In this document: one piece after another, positions 1-15,774 of the stretch
How the letters are laid out: every line of letters starts with the position of its first letter
How positions within the stretch are numbered: the first letter of the stretch is position 1
DNA from: Eledone cirrhosa
Taxonomy: Eukaryota
Length of the DNA: 64,000 bases
Reading direction: 5' to 3'
Assembly: GCA_964016885.1 (NCBI GenBank)
Contig: OZ024743.1
Location: 314,340,001-314,404,000 of the forward strand
Made by a program: the position numbers and the translations under genes
Notes under the pieces: generated by a model
Seen by the model: only the letters and a program-made list of their open reading frames with translations
What the model was told of the DNA's origin: nothing
The model's database searches: none

Positions 1-54
1 ATGTGTTAAGGCCGGTCCTTCGAATTAGAAGCACATCACACATTTACCAGCTTA

Positions 55-170
55 GTGGACTGGAGAAATATGAAATAAACAGTCTTCCCCAAGGACACAG
101 CCCGCCGATAGGAATCGAATCACGACGTAACGATCGTGAGCTTAATAACCTAACCACCCAGCCACGATCT
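55..170 (-). mobile_element. tRNA-derived SINE fragment (family with GTGTCCTTGRGCAAGAC core-like block)
   Basis: Reverse strand reads CGTGGCTGGGTGGTTAGG (A box)...GATTCGATTCC (B box)...GTGTCCTTGGGGAAGAC. Relatives at 25365-25487, 37480-37607 and 12441-12530. Confidence 0.65.
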
Positions 171-558
171 TTCACAAGGTATATATAGATAACTACAAAC
201 TATAGACTATTTATGAAATATATAAACTATAATTAATATGGTTCGATTTGTTATTTCGATGGTCTTTTAATAAATATTTTATTGGAACTGGTATATGGCT
301 TTACCTCTATTGATGTGAAGCACGAAACGTGTATGGTAGTATTATTTGTTATATGGTATATTAAATAGAATTATCAATCTACTTAGTAAAGATTTCTAAT
401 TTTAAATTAGAAACGATGATAAAGAAAGGTCAAGTGCATTATTGGTAAAGAGGGAGACAAATTATTTTCTGGTCGACATTACTTAAAATGTTTGCTGCAT
501 CGATATAATAATACCAGCCATGTGGGCGGCGTGATGTGATGTGTATGTACATTCTCAG

Positions 559-659
<101 letters not shown>

Positions 660-1443
660 GTGAGGGTGCAGAGCAAGCTTTGCTTGAACGGATATAAACC
701 GATATTAGAATAGATATAATGATATCAGTAATAAACTAGAGTAATGTCATTAATTGATAATTAAAAATACAACGCTGTACCGACATCCTAGCATCCCAAG
801 AGATATATATGTTTATTCTAATATCTATTCAGACGGTATCCTATGGTTGCCTGATTGGATGATGACAAGTATCAATAAAACAAGATAAACGATTGGTGTT
901 CAATTGTTTGGAAAATAAAACAACGGCGAAAACACGGAGTGATAGAAAGATGACGAAATCGACATCAACGAATTATTGCTAATCCTGATTCAGAAATGAT
1001 TCTTTATTGCAAATGTTTGATGGTGTTTGCATGACTTAACTCTGTGGAAAACATAATAAGAAAAATATTAACATATACGAAGTAAAATGATTATCAGATA
1101 CAATTTGAGATAGTAAATAAAGATAACTTTTAAATTTGTGGTGGGGAGAAAATAAAAAAAAAATCTCAATAATGAAGTGGAAAAAATCCATTGTGTAATG
1201 GAACACGAACGAATTAATCATATATTGCAAATCTAAATGTTATGAATAATATATATATATATATATATATAGGTATATATATATATATATATATAAATAT
1301 ACACGGGTGTGTATGATTGTGTATAGAATTAATGATAGGAATTCCAACATTGTCTGATTTACTCGTTTTATTTACAATCCTTTAAAATTATAATAATATT
1401 ATAATGAAATAGTATGGTAGAATATTAAATGTTAAGTGTTAAA

Positions 1444-1482
1444 TGAACAAGTACTTTCATGCTTTCGCAATCTTCAGGTTCA
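1444..1482 (-). ncRNA. Minimal type I hammerhead ribozyme (inverted pLTR copy)
   Basis: Reverse complement reads TGAAC CTGAAGA TTGCGAAAGCAT GAAA GTAC TT GTTCA. Confidence 0.85.
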
Positions 1483-1989
1483 TATTCAATGGTGACATTC
1501 AAGTTTGCAATTTTCAACTGTAATGAGATGGGTAAATTCTGTGTCTAATATACAGTAAAAAGGGTCTACAGAATGCTAATTTTGCAAACTGTATTTCGAT
1601 AAATCGGTGTGTAGTTTCACTAGATTACTAAAGCTGAGTGATTTAGGCTTCATGGTTGGTTGAGCACGTCTAACGACTTCTATTTGACCCTATACAAAGA
1701 ATGTCCACTTTTAATGCTTTCTGAAAAATTCTGAATAGAGAAACACCTGAATAGAAAAAAAGCATTAAAAGTGGACATTCTCCCCAACACAACATACGCG
1801 AGAACACGTGGCAACACAAACACTCACCTTACCTTGAATCAAAGAAGAACTACGGGAAGAAATCCTGAGAAATCCTGATAGAGAGAATCCTGAAACCTGA
1901 ATAGAGAAAATCCTGAATAGAGACAAATCCATTTTTTAACGCGAGGAAAATACAAACCGGAAAAAGAAAAACTCCAGGAGGAGACATAC

Positions 1990-4116
1990 CCAAAACATCT
2001 GAACACGTAGATGCTAAAATAATTAATTTATCCAAAAGAGATCTTGACAATGATGGAATGCAAATTCTGTCAAAAGGACTGAAATTCACACCGACTCCAA
2101 CAGTCAACCACCAAGAACTGAAGGAGGATATCCATGAATTCTGTCGTAAATTACGACTTGTAGAATTCTTCGCTGATAAAAGTAATGAGATTGATGAATC
2201 ACTAGTAAAGAATAAATCAAATTTCACTCCACCAAAAGGAAGAAATATCTATACCCTGTCTAAATTTCCTCTTAGACGTAATATTAATGTTAGGCCAAAC
2301 ATTAACAAATCGGAAATGGATGCTGAATACTACAAAGATTTGGTTGAGGAACAACTGAAAGACACAACATTCTACCATGAAATACCGTCAAATATAGACC
2401 ACAACATCACGAAGAAGATCAACAACCTGGCTTCAAAACTCACTTACTGATACGGAAAGAGACTACATCACCAATTTTGAGCCAAAACACAGCAACCTGT
2501 ATGGCCTACCGAAAATTCAAAAGAAATCCAACTGGCAGTAAAAGAACAAAAAAGGTAGTACAATAAATTACTACACCCAAAAGACTTAAAACGTAGACCT
2601 ATTATAGCTGGTCCAACACCGTCTAAGCAATTTTGTTGACATTATTTTGAAACCACTATGTATTGACATATCCAGTTTCATCCAGGATGTTATCGACTTG
2701 TCCCATCTTCCCCAAACCACGGAAACGAATTCACTTCTACTTAGTTTTGATGTGGTAAGCCTTTACACCAACATTACACATGATTTAGGAATAAAGGCGG
2801 TTAAATACTGGGTGGAAAAACATAGAGAAGTGATTCCCACCAGATTCACAGCGCCATTTATATTAGACGTAGTCAGACCTATTCTGCAAAACAACACTTT
2901 CTTCTTCAATGGAAATAATTACATCAAAATTGTAGGCACAGCGATGGGAACGAAGTTTGCTGCTGTTTACGCGAACTCTGTAATGGGATATTTAGAACAA
3001 CAAAGCTACCAAGAAATAGGGGAGAAATATAGCACTGAATTTAGAAAGTACATTGAAAAGTCTTGGAAGAGATACCATGACGAGTGTTTCATCATCTGGA
3101 CGGAATCTCTTGATACTCTGGATCAGTTTAATATCCTCCTGAATAACCTACACCCATCTCTCCAATTCACAAAAGAGATGAGTAGTACTAAATTACCATT
3201 CCTAGATATAATGGTAATTAAAAACGACACCACCATTACCACGGATATACACTATAAACACACAGACACCCATCAATATCTGAATTTTAAGTCGTGCCAT
3301 CCACCCCATACACAACGCAACATCCCATACTGCCTAGCGAGAAGAATTTGTACCATTGTCGAAGATACGAATACCAGGAACAAACGCCTAACAGAACTGA
3401 GAGAATTTTTGCTCAAACAAAAATACCCATCTCTACTTATAGAAAATGGCATACAGCGGGCTATAAAAATACCTATACAACAAATTAGGACAACCCAAGG
3501 AAGAAACCAAGAAATGGTCATACCATTTATAATGACACACAACCCATGTCACCAGAATATCTTCAACACTGCCAAAACAAACCTACCGATTATTGCTCAA
3601 AGTAATGAATTAAAAGGTTTAATCAAAGACCGATATTTGACTCTTAGTAAAAGACAGCCGAAAAATCTGAAGCAATTATTAACAAAGGCAAAATTTTACT
3701 TTAACAACAAAGACCAATCATTCACTGTATCTAAATGCAAAGATAGTCGATGTGGCACATGCCAATCCATACATACTGGTCAATATATGAACACAAAAAC
3801 TGGAAAAATATTCCCAAATGCAAATATGAACTGCAAAAGCAGAAATCTAATTCACTGCATTAAATGCCCGAATTGTGAAGAACTATATATCGGTCAAACT
3901 GGAAATGCCCTATCAGAACTTGCACGGGTGCACCGACAGCAAACCAGAGACCCAAATGTCCGTCAGATACCCCTGAGTAACCATCTAGCAGCATGTGGTC
4001 AGAAAATATTTATAATATTTCCATTCTACAAATTACACAGCCCAAGTAAAATCAAGAGAACAATTAAAGAGAATAATTTTATTGATAAATTCCAACACAA
4101 GCTAAATGAACAATAA
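1990..4116 (+). pseudogene. PLE reverse transcriptase + GIY-YIG endonuclease, disrupted by frameshifts and stops
   Basis: LSKGLKF, SFDVVSLYTNI, GTAMGTKFA, WKRYHDECF, LPFLDI, Cys linker CKDSRCGTC...CKSRNLIHCIKCPNC and LYIGQTG (ORFs 2058-2450 and 2647-4116). Confidence 0.92.
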
Positions 4117-4199
4117 TAATACTTAGGGGTATTACTCCTACTATGACTACGCCTACGACCATGTCGACTACCACCACTAACAACAACAATAACAATAAT

Positions 4200-4352
4200 A
4201 ATTGTTTCTACTTTTGGCACAAGGCCAGCAATAATTCCAGTACATTACTGGTACTTTACTGGTAGTTTATTTTATCGACCCCGTAAGGATGAAAGGCAAA
4301 GTTAACCGCGGCGGGATTGAACTCAAATCATAAAGGTACGTAACTATGCTGG
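4200..4352 (-). mobile_element. tRNA-derived SINE (GCCTTTCATCCTTACGGGGTCGATAAAAT family), 5'-truncated
   Basis: Matches the SINE copies at 23378-23563 and 40362-40545. Inserted in the PLE 3' UTR. Confidence 0.85.
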
Positions 4353-4670
4353 AATATAATAATAATAATAACAAAAGTGATGTTGATGGTGATGATTACT
4401 GAAGATTTTTTATAAAAACCTTAGAAAATGGTATTTTCATCATTTCTAAAAATAGCAAAACAATTGATGCTTGGATAGGGTCAAATAGAAGTCGTTAGAC
4501 ATGCTCAATCAACCGTGCCGCCTAAACAAATCAGCTTTAGTTATCTAGTGAAACTACAATCCGATTGCAAAACTTATCATTCTGTAGCCCCTTTTTACGG
4601 TATATAAGGCACAGAATTTAGCCAACTCATTACAGTTGAAAATTGCAAACTTGACTGTCACCACTGAATG

Positions 4671-4709
4671 TGAACCTGAAGATTGCGAAAGCATGAAAGT
4701 ACTTGTTCA
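4671..4709 (+). ncRNA. Minimal type I hammerhead ribozyme in PLE 3' pLTR
   Basis: Stem I TGAAC/GTTCA, core CTGAAGA, stem II TGC-GAAA-GCA, GAAA, palindromic stem III AGTACT, predicted CUU cleavage after 4704. Confidence 0.88.
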
Positions 4710-4847
4710 ATTAACACTTAACATTTAATATTCTACCATACTATTTCATTATAATATTATTATAATTTTAAAGGATTGTAAATAAAACGAGTAGATCAGA
4801 CAAAGTTGGAATTCCTTTTATTAATATATATATATATATATATATAT

Positions 4848-6570
<1,723 letters not shown>

Positions 6571-6609
6571 TATATATATATATATATGTATGTATACTTA
6601 TATATATAT

Positions 6610-9600
6610 AATATGCGAGACAGATTGTGTTTAGACCGGGATTGTCCCTTTACCCATCTCCCGGGGACCCGTCGGACAAATGAAAATAAAATTAAAAATA
6701 AAAACAAAAACAGAAACCATAACCTACATAAAAATAACCACTACCACAGTCACCAACAGTCTCCTAAACAGGAAACTTCTTCCTCTTTTTTAGCTTTAAT
6801 GAATCTGGCAAAAGAACTGGAAAAAACATTCGAGCTATCACCCAGCACCACCATCCACTATCACCTCACTGCACAAAATCCCATTGCTGCCATTAACAAA
6901 CAAACAAATTAACAACACACCAAAACAACTAAAGCCATCCACTCTCGCCTCAACATTTTTGTTTAACGCCCCAGGCATCAGCCATTCCACCAATACTCAA
7001 AAATGGAACATCAAATTCCTGGAGGACTGGGTTGATGTCCATCCAAACCACATCCCTTTCTTCGTCCTCACTGAAACCCATCTCAGTAACCTCCACTTGG
7101 AAGCCGAGGTGAAAGTGAACAATTTCAAAGCCATCCGTGCTGATCGCGCTGGCAGAAGAAAGGGTTGGACTGCCATTTATGTCCATAATTCTTTCTCAAC
7201 AGAGGCTATGAACATATTCACTAATGGATACTGCGAAGCAGTCACTGTATTCAGTCAAACCAACAACCTAATAGTAGTTGGGCTCTATAGGCCACCCCAA
7301 ACGCCTGTACCATGCTTCAAGGTATGCCTCAACAGCATAAAGTGTTTCATCCAAGAGTGTCACCCCGACAACATCTTAATGATGGGGGACTTCAACCTCC
7401 CCGGAGTTGACTGGTCCACAAACAGCCTGCCACCAGGTTCTTCTGCCTCAACCTCTGACAGGGAAGCAGTGGAATCGCTTCTTGACTTCATGGATGATTT
7501 CTTCCTGTCCCAACTGTTGCTCGAACCAACGAGGTGCCACAAACACGTCCTAGACTTAATTTTCAGCAATCACACTGACAATATCCACAATATTGCAGTG
7601 GAGAAAACTCTACTCTCTGATCATGACATGGTTCTCTGTGATCTGAGATTCCACCGTCCAATATACAAACCCAATGTCATCTCTCCTGTCCATCCGTTTG
7701 ACGCTATGGATTTCCACAATGCAAACTGGGAAGCGATCAGTCATGATCTTGCACATGTCGACTGGTCCTTCACGCACACTCATACACCCACTAACTTCAA
7801 AAAGTCCTGGCAGACATTTGTGGACACTGTTACAAACATATGTGCAAAACACACCCCATTAAGAACTATAAACAAATCTAAGAGCAGAATCCCTAGAAAT
7901 AGAAAAATGCTCATCAGGAAAATTAAGAGAACGAACAAAAAAATCAACAAGCTGAAATACTGTCAGCAGCAACACATAAACTTGACTGCCATTTCATCAC
8001 TAGAGATTAAAAATCATAACCTCCAAAACAACATGATGTCTATCATCAACAATCAGAGAAGAGCTGAAGAGGCCTGGGCCATTGAGAAGATCAAACTCAA
8101 TCCAAAAGTGTTCTTTTCATTTGCAAAAAAACACAAAATCACTGGCTCTACTGTTGGCCCTCTAATTGATGAAAATGGCACTCTTCAAGACAATGCTAAA
8201 ACCATGGGTGAGATACTACAGAAACAATACTGCTCTGTTTTCAGCAATCCTGATATGGCTGATCTGGGCTGTATCGGCGATGTTACTCCCCATTACACCT
8301 TATCGGACATAACGTTTGGCACCCCTGATGTCTTAGCGGCAATAAAGGAAATCAAGCATAATTCAGCAGTAGGTCCCGATAGGTTCCCTGCTTGTGTCTT
8401 GAAGGCGTATCAACACCAACTTACATCTCCTCTTGCCAATCTGTTGCGGAAGTCACTGGATGCTGGATATGTGCCAGAAAACCTTCTATCCCAGTCTGTT
8501 GTCCCAGTTTTCAAAAAAGGAAACAAATCCCTTGCCGTGAATTACCGTCCAATCTCACTCACCTCTCATATCATTAAGGTATTTGAGAGAGTGGTGAGAT
8601 CGCGAATGACCCACTTCCTTGAGAGTAACAATATGCTGAACTCCAACCAGCATGGATTCCGTAATGGAAGGGATTGCCTGACGCAGCTACTGCATCACTT
8701 TGATGACATTTTGAGAGCCTTGGGAGAGGGTTCCAACATTGATGTTATCTACCTTGATTTCAGCAAGGCCTTTGAAAGGGTTGATCACAACATTCTACTG
8801 AGAAAACTGTCCAATATTGGTGTCACTGGAAAGCTGCTGCAGTGGATCAAGAGCTTCCTGTCAAACAGAACCCAACATGTTGTAGTTGAAGGAGTCAAAT
8901 CCAGCCCAGCCAAAGTCAGTAGTGGGGTCCCACAAGGCACTGTGTTGGGCCCACTTCTCTTCATCATCTATATTAATGACATCACTGACATCATCAAACA
9001 CAGCAACATTAACATTTTCGCTGATGATTCCAAGCTCCAAAAGGTCATCAATGGCGTGGATGACCGGATAAGCCTTCAGTCAGACCTACTGGCTGTTACC
9101 CAATGGGCGGAAAAGAACAACATGTTACTGAACGAAGACAAATTCGAACTGATCCACTTTGGAAAAGAGGATGCTCTGAAACTCCCGTAGTCCCTTCCCT
9201 CCAGTGAAACTCTCGTGGCATCTAACAACATCAGAGACTTGGGAGTAACCGTGGACAGCAACATAAGCTGGGCCACGCATATAAGCAGCAAAGTTGACAT
9301 GGCCCGCAGAATGTGTTCCTGGATCCTCAGAACCTTCCGGTCGAGAGATTCCCACACCATTATCCTTCTCTTCTCTACGTTTGCCCGACCACACATTGAA
9401 TACTGTTGTCCAGTGTGGTCTCCCCACACGAAACAAAGTATCAGGAAACGTGAAGCTCCTCAAAGGGCAATCACGAAAAAGATAGATGGCATGTCAGACC
9501 TTGACTACTGGGGTCGACTAGAAAAGCTGAAACTTTACTCACTCCAACGTCGCCGTGAGCGTTATATTATCTGCATGATGTGGAAAATGTTTCATCATCA

Positions 9601-9987
9601 CTGCCCAAATGATGTTGGCATCACCTTCAAAATACACTCAAGGCTTGGGCCCCGTGCTATCCGTCCCAAACAAAAATCTGAATCGCAACTCATAACAACA
9701 ATACGGCACAATTATTTCACCTTAATTGGCCCTGCTCTCTTCAACATCACACCAGGACACGTCAAAACAGAAACTGACCACACAAAATTCAAGAAGTCTT
9801 TGGACAAATTCCTCCAAGTAATCCCGGACAAACCACCCACACCCGGATATGTCTCCGCAAACAGTAATTCTCCTCTCGAATGGGCCATGGTGCCCAATCC
9901 TGAATTGAAAGTCTTCGCCAGGTGGTGCTATTAAGTTAGACATAGCCTGGGCCAGTACTGGCCAAAACATTTCAAAGTTATTCAAAG

Positions 9988-9990
<3 letters not shown>
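6610..9990 (+). mobile_element. CR1-group LINE, near full ORF2
   Basis: ORF1 remnant with Cys/His motif ([14 protein letters not shown]), APE + RT ORF2, and 3' tail of TCAAAGTTAT repeats running into (TA)n. Confidence 0.92.
6884..9934 (+). pseudogene. CR1-group ORF2 (APE endonuclease + RT) with one in-frame TAG at 9188-9190
   Basis: LTETHL, YRPP, MGDFNLP, SDHD, NYRPISLTS, QHGFR, YLDFSKAF, SGVPQGTVLGP, FADD. ORF 9215-9934 continues in the same frame. Confidence 0.92.
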
Positions 9991-10071
<81 letters not shown>

Positions 10072-10109
10072 GTATATACGAATTATTTGTATGTACATGC
10101 GTGCATGTA

Positions 10110-10146
<37 letters not shown>

Positions 10147-10282
10147 CGGCGATGAATTAGTTTAGCGAGGTTTTTTATATGAAATCGTGTGTCGAAAAAG
10201 ATATTGTTATACTTGTTATACAGTGAGTGTGTTCTGTTATTAAATCTGGCAATATTACACAAATATGACCCTCCCCAAGTAT

Positions 10283-10324
<42 letters not shown>

Positions 10325-10340
10325 GTCTTATTTGTAAGTA

Positions 10341-10422
<82 letters not shown>

Positions 10423-10454
10423 TATATGTTTACTTACAAATAATATGTATACAT

Positions 10455-10538
<84 letters not shown>

Positions 10539-10661
10539 ATATATACATATATACATATATGTATGTATATATATATATACATATATGTATGTATATATAT
10601 ATATACACATATATATATATATATATACATATGTACATATAAGTATATATATATATATACA

Positions 10662-10734
<73 letters not shown>

Positions 10735-10736
<2 letters not shown>

Positions 10737-10814
10737 GACGAGAATCTTTCTTTGTAACGAAGGCCGTATGGTCTCCGTTATATTTTTGGGATTCGAAACC
10801 TATCGGTAAAGGTA
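10735..10814 (+). ncRNA. Hammerhead ribozyme core with extended stem II, 5' stem I strand lost
   Basis: CTGACGA GAATC...GATTC GAAA CCT-ATCGGTAA-AGG TA, with internal pairing TGTAACG/CGTTATA and AGGCC/GGTCT. Begins immediately after a TA tract. Confidence 0.75.
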
Positions 10815-10880
10815 ACTATAGTAGGTAAAGTCAATTTTTTTAAATTTATTTTGAAACTTTCTCCTTATTTGCTAAACCTT

Positions 10881-10928
<48 letters not shown>

Positions 10929-11134
10929 CTATTTATACATATGAATATGTATGTATAACGGATAGTTGATCTCTAAATTTCATTTCCAGAAGCAAATGCC
11001 TTTGAGTAATCATATTAAAGAAAAAATGCACGGTAAACGAGATATAATAGATTAGTGAGGTAATCATTATTACATTTTGCTTCTTTAGATTCAAATACCA
11101 AGCACGGCACGAATTTAGATATTACTTAGATATG

Positions 11135-11785
11135 AAGAGCAGTAGTACTCGGCGTTGCACAGGATAAAGTATTTTGGAATGTGGGCCGCCAACAGACCTA
11201 ATCGTGGAAAAACTGCATACATGGACAATATGTAAAGAAAATAAACCGAATACTCTGATGGCTGGATAATCTTTAAGATTTTCCTCGATGAAGCAGGAAA
11301 AATGAAGGTTTTCACCTAATGCGGGCCCTAGAGGATCAAGAAAATGAATTTTTTTTATGTGCATAATATGCCTTTAAATTTCGGGAAAAATCGGCTAGAC
11401 GTAACGCCTCAAAAAAGCCCTAAAAAGCTGAAAAAATGAAATTTTTCACCTATTGCAGGCCCTAGGCCATAAAAAAGTTGGATTTTCTTTGCTCTTGGTA
11501 TGAAGAAGAAACTGACTAATACATAGTTACAAATTCAAGGACATCGGTCTGACATAACGCCTCAAAAAACCCCTAAAAAGCTGAAAAAAAGGAATGTTTG
11601 ACCTAATGCGGGCCCTAGGGGATCAACAAGTTGAATTTTATGTGCATAACACTCCCTGAAACATAAGTAATACACATGTAAATTAAAAAAAGAATCGGTT
11701 GGGTACTTCTCGAATTTTCGGGATTCGAACTCACAGACACACACACACACAAACAGACAGACATCCTCTCTTTTATATATATAGA
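11135..11785 (-). mobile_element. Non-autonomous Helitron-like element
   Basis: Minus-strand 5' end TCTATATATATAAAAGAGAGGATGTCTGTCTG..ACCGATT. Internal ~135-155 bp repeats (CCTAATGCGGGCCCTAG). Degenerate 3' hairpin end near 11135-11165. Confidence 0.6.
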
Positions 11786-12332
11786 CTAGCAGAAAACCGC
11801 CCATCGTGTCGTTTTCTGCTAGTATATACACACAGAAATGTATATATATTTCTGTGTGTGTATATATATATATATATTACACGCACAGAAATGTATATAT
11901 ATTTATGTGTGTATATATATATATTACACACACAGAAATGTATATATATTTCTGTGTGTATATATATATATTTCTGTGTGTGTATATATATATATATTAC
12001 ACACACACAGAAATGTATATATGTTTCTGTAGCACTCCTCAGTTCCCCCTCTCTCCCTCTCGCTATCCCCCTCTTGTAGTCTGTCTCTTTCTTTCACTCT
12101 CACTCTCTCTCTATGCGTGCGCAAAAAACATTCGCACGCGCGCGCGTGTTTTAGCGTCTATTCACTCTCTCTCTCTCCCTCTTTCCCTCCCACTATCCCC
12201 CTCTGGTAGTCTGTCTCTTTCTTTCACTCTCACTCTCTCTCTACGCGTGCGCAAAAACATTCGCACGCACGCACGTGTTTCCACTGTCGGACAGACAGAC
12301 AGAGAACTTGCTGGTTATATATTATAAGGAGA
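11786..12332 (-). mobile_element. Non-autonomous Helitron-like element with internal palindromic minisatellite
   Basis: A|TCTCCTTATAATATATAACC..CTGTCTGTCTGTCC 5' end and ...TTTTCTGCTAG|T 3' end. Internal ACACAGAAATGTATATATATTTCTGTGT repeats. Confidence 0.65.
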
Positions 12333-12939
12333 TATGTCACATTATGAAACGGAGGGTGTCATTTGTTAAAATAATTTTCCTTTCACTTTCCAGAAATATG
12401 CTAGGAATTTAAGACTAATCGATGTTCCCAACATCTCATTAGGCACGTGGCCTAGTGGTAAATGTGTTGGATTTACGATCATAACACTTAATTTCACGTT
12501 GCTCCTGTATACACAACTGAAAATGATTATTAGCAATAGCTCGGGATTTAAAAATGTCATGGACTGTCGTCCTATTCGTGACGCTTGGGGGCTCTTCTAC
12601 TCTCAATTATTTAATGCCAATGGAAATGGCGAAATGCACTGACCGCACGAGCATCCAGCATAGGGACACACGTTTTATAAGGAAACAATATCGTAAAGCT
12701 ATTATTTTGATTTCCGGAACGAGTGGTGCGTTTGGCAAGACTCACAATTTCCAGTTTTTTAACCTACATACATTTATTATGTAAATATAATTACAAAATG
12801 TTGATTTATTAATATCTATGTCTGTTGGTTTATTTTTAATATGTGGAGCTTTTCTTTTGCTCAGAAAGTTCAATTTTATTTTTCCGCATTTCTGGTTCGA
12901 AAAGTATTAGGTTCGAGTGATGTATCAGAAAATTCTACC

Positions 12940-14100
12940 ATACATCTCCACACACAACCCCCTCAAGAATGAGGCATTCGACACCATCCTCCAGAAAATC
13001 CATATACTAAAAAGAGACCCAAAAATGAACAAAATCCTCCAAACATACACAACATCATAAAGAGCAAAAGACAACCTAAATCCACAAAAAACATCCTCAC
13101 ACAAGCCAAATTCCTACCAACCCTCACATTGAACCCTGCAGTAAAAAAATGGGGGAAAGCCCAACTGCCGCATATGCATAAATCTAATAGAAGGTTCAAT
13201 ATTCCACTTTAAACAAGGACAACATTTCACAGTTAAAATACAACTTTACATGTGCATTTGAAAACCTAATCTATGTTTTGACTTGCTCAGGTTGTCGAGA
13301 GCACTACATAGGACAGACAAATAACAGCCTCCGACAATGTATGACCGTCCATAGCTCACAAATCAAAATACAGGAATACAGAAAGATTGCTTTTAGTGAA
13401 CATATCACCAAACTTTAAAATTTTCCCCATTTACAAATTCATAGACAACGCTTCTTTCATCCATCGTACCCATAAGAAACGTACTTCATTAACAAATTCC
13501 AACCTCTACTTAATGGACTAAACTTCGGACTAAACTAAAACGGGAACGAACAATGAACCAAAGCCCCAAATCCCCACGTTCTCTAAAGAGTTACCTCCCT
13601 CACACCATACCTAATTTTTTTTCTTATATAAATGAATTACCCCCTCTCCGCTCTTTCTCCTACACGACCACACTGAATTTCCTCCCTGTGCAAAAAAGGG
13701 AAAACATATCCAACCCTAGACTACCATGTGCCTCCATTATGGATTAACTTCTCTAAGCGCTCCTACAATAATAACAATATTTAAACTGCTTACCCTCAAG
13801 AACTATGCCTGTAAATAATATTATTCTTTCTTTCCCATTACCTTATCATGTTCCACATCACCCTCCCTTTCTTTTTTACTTCAAAAACCTTGTTTGTAAA
13901 TAAAATTATTCTTTCTTTCCCATTTCCTTAAGAAGTTCAACATCACCTATCTTCACTCCTACATTTTATACCAATACAAATTCCTCCCTTTGATAATGCA
14001 TAAAATGCTGAAACCGAAAATTGACAATTATTAAATAAATATATCCAAAAATAAATAAATCAATGCTATTGTTAATTAATGAATAAATTATCTAATACCT
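12940..14100 (+). mobile_element. Degenerate Neptune-type PLE 3' fragment (GIY-YIG)
   Basis: Manual translation of about 13262-13365 gives NLIYVLTCSGCREHYIGQTNNSLRQCMTVH, with upstream KRQPK..LTQAKF. Confidence 0.8.
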
Positions 14101-14220
14101 TAACACTTCACATAAGATAAAATATTTTGTTTTAAACATTTTCTAACCCAGATAAAAAGAGAAAAAATAAAGGAAAACAAAGTTTTTTCTTCCTAATAAT
14201 CGTTTTTTTTCTCCCTATAT

Positions 14221-14286
<66 letters not shown>

Positions 14287-14312
14287 GTATGTATATATAT
14301 ATATACGTATGT

Positions 14313-14349
<37 letters not shown>

Positions 14350-14698
14350 AATATTGGTAAACGGAATAGAAAATACTGACAAATTGTTCACAGTTGAAAC
14401 ATGGTTTAATTAGGAATAAAAGAGTATTAGTGATTGTATGGGTTAGTATCCAGTTGTGGTTTTAAGTTTTTAAGTTTTTACCGGTTGCGCATTTCTAAAT
14501 GCTTTTCAAAAATAATTTTGAGATAGAGTGTCCGTGTTGTTTGCTCTGATCTGATTAGTTTTGGGAATTCTACCTGTTTTTATGTTAAAAAAGTGGCTCC
14601 AGCGTTACTTTCGTGTTGCAAAAATTATTGTGGTCAAAACAATTTTGATTGGTCGGTAGAGGTCATGTGAATGTAAAAAATTGATTTTGGGCCAATTG

Positions 14699-14737
<39 letters not shown>

Positions 14738-14806
14738 TAGTAGTAGTAAGGTGTTCGATGTTGTGATAATGGTTAGCAGGGATGTGTGTCAAATGGCTAT
14801 TAAGAT

Positions 14807-14877
<71 letters not shown>

Positions 14878-15219
14878 GCAGAGTAATTCGTGGTAGCAGG
14901 GATGGTCAGTAAGAATGTGTCTGAAAGCAATGGGGGGGTATTTTAGCATGTCAAAAGATATTTTTCAGCTTTTGTCTTATACGGAGAAGTGCGTGTGTGT
15001 GTATAAGTCTCTTTGTATGTTAATGTACGCGTGTGTGTGTGTGTGTGTATATATATATGTGTGTGTGTGGGTGGACCAGTATTTTTCCCCCTGGTAAAAT
15101 GGTGTACATTATTCGATTTTTTCAATAAAATCGGTTCTCTTAATAGAACATCAAAAATCTTAACAATAAAAGGTGGGAAATGATATTCACTATATATATA
15201 TACACATACATACATTCAC

Positions 15220-15251
<32 letters not shown>

Positions 15252-15691
15252 CATATAGATACATATATATATATATATATACACACATATATTTTTTTGT
15301 GTTGCACCATAGAGCATGTGTGTTTACGTATGTCATTGTGAATATATGTATGTGTATATATATATAGTGAATATCATTTCACACCTTTTATTGTTAAGAT
15401 TTTTGATGTTCTATTAAGAGAACCGATTTTACTGAAAAAATCGAATAATGTACAACATTTTACCAGGGGGAAAAAATACTGGTCCACCCACACACACACA
15501 CACATATATATATATACACACACACATACACACGCGTACATTAACATACAAAGAAACTTATACACACACACACACACGCACTTCTCCGTATAAGACAAAA
15601 GCTGAAAAATATCTTTTGACATTCTAAAATACCCCCCATTGCTTTCAGACACATTCTTACTGACCATCCCTGCTACCACGAATTACTCTGC

Positions 15692-15774
<83 letters not shown>

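Larger units (their letters stand above)
1300..4822 (+). mobile_element. Penelope-like element (Neptune-type) with inverted 5' pseudo-LTR copy
   Basis: RT plus GIY-YIG ORF. 1335-1692 is the reverse complement of 4476-4817, the 5'-inverted pLTR architecture typical of PLEs. An HHR lies in each repeat. Confidence 0.92.

Noticed and set aside
301-340. HHR-like CTATTGA..GAAACGTGTA motif, and similarly TTGATAA..GAAAC near 13990
   Set aside because: The core is too degenerate to call. At most these are decayed pLTR remnants.
11260-12030. Regularly spaced repeats superficially like a CRISPR array
   Set aside because: Eukaryotic context, the intervening sequences are themselves repetitive, and there are no cas genes. 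Explained as Helitron internal minisatellites.
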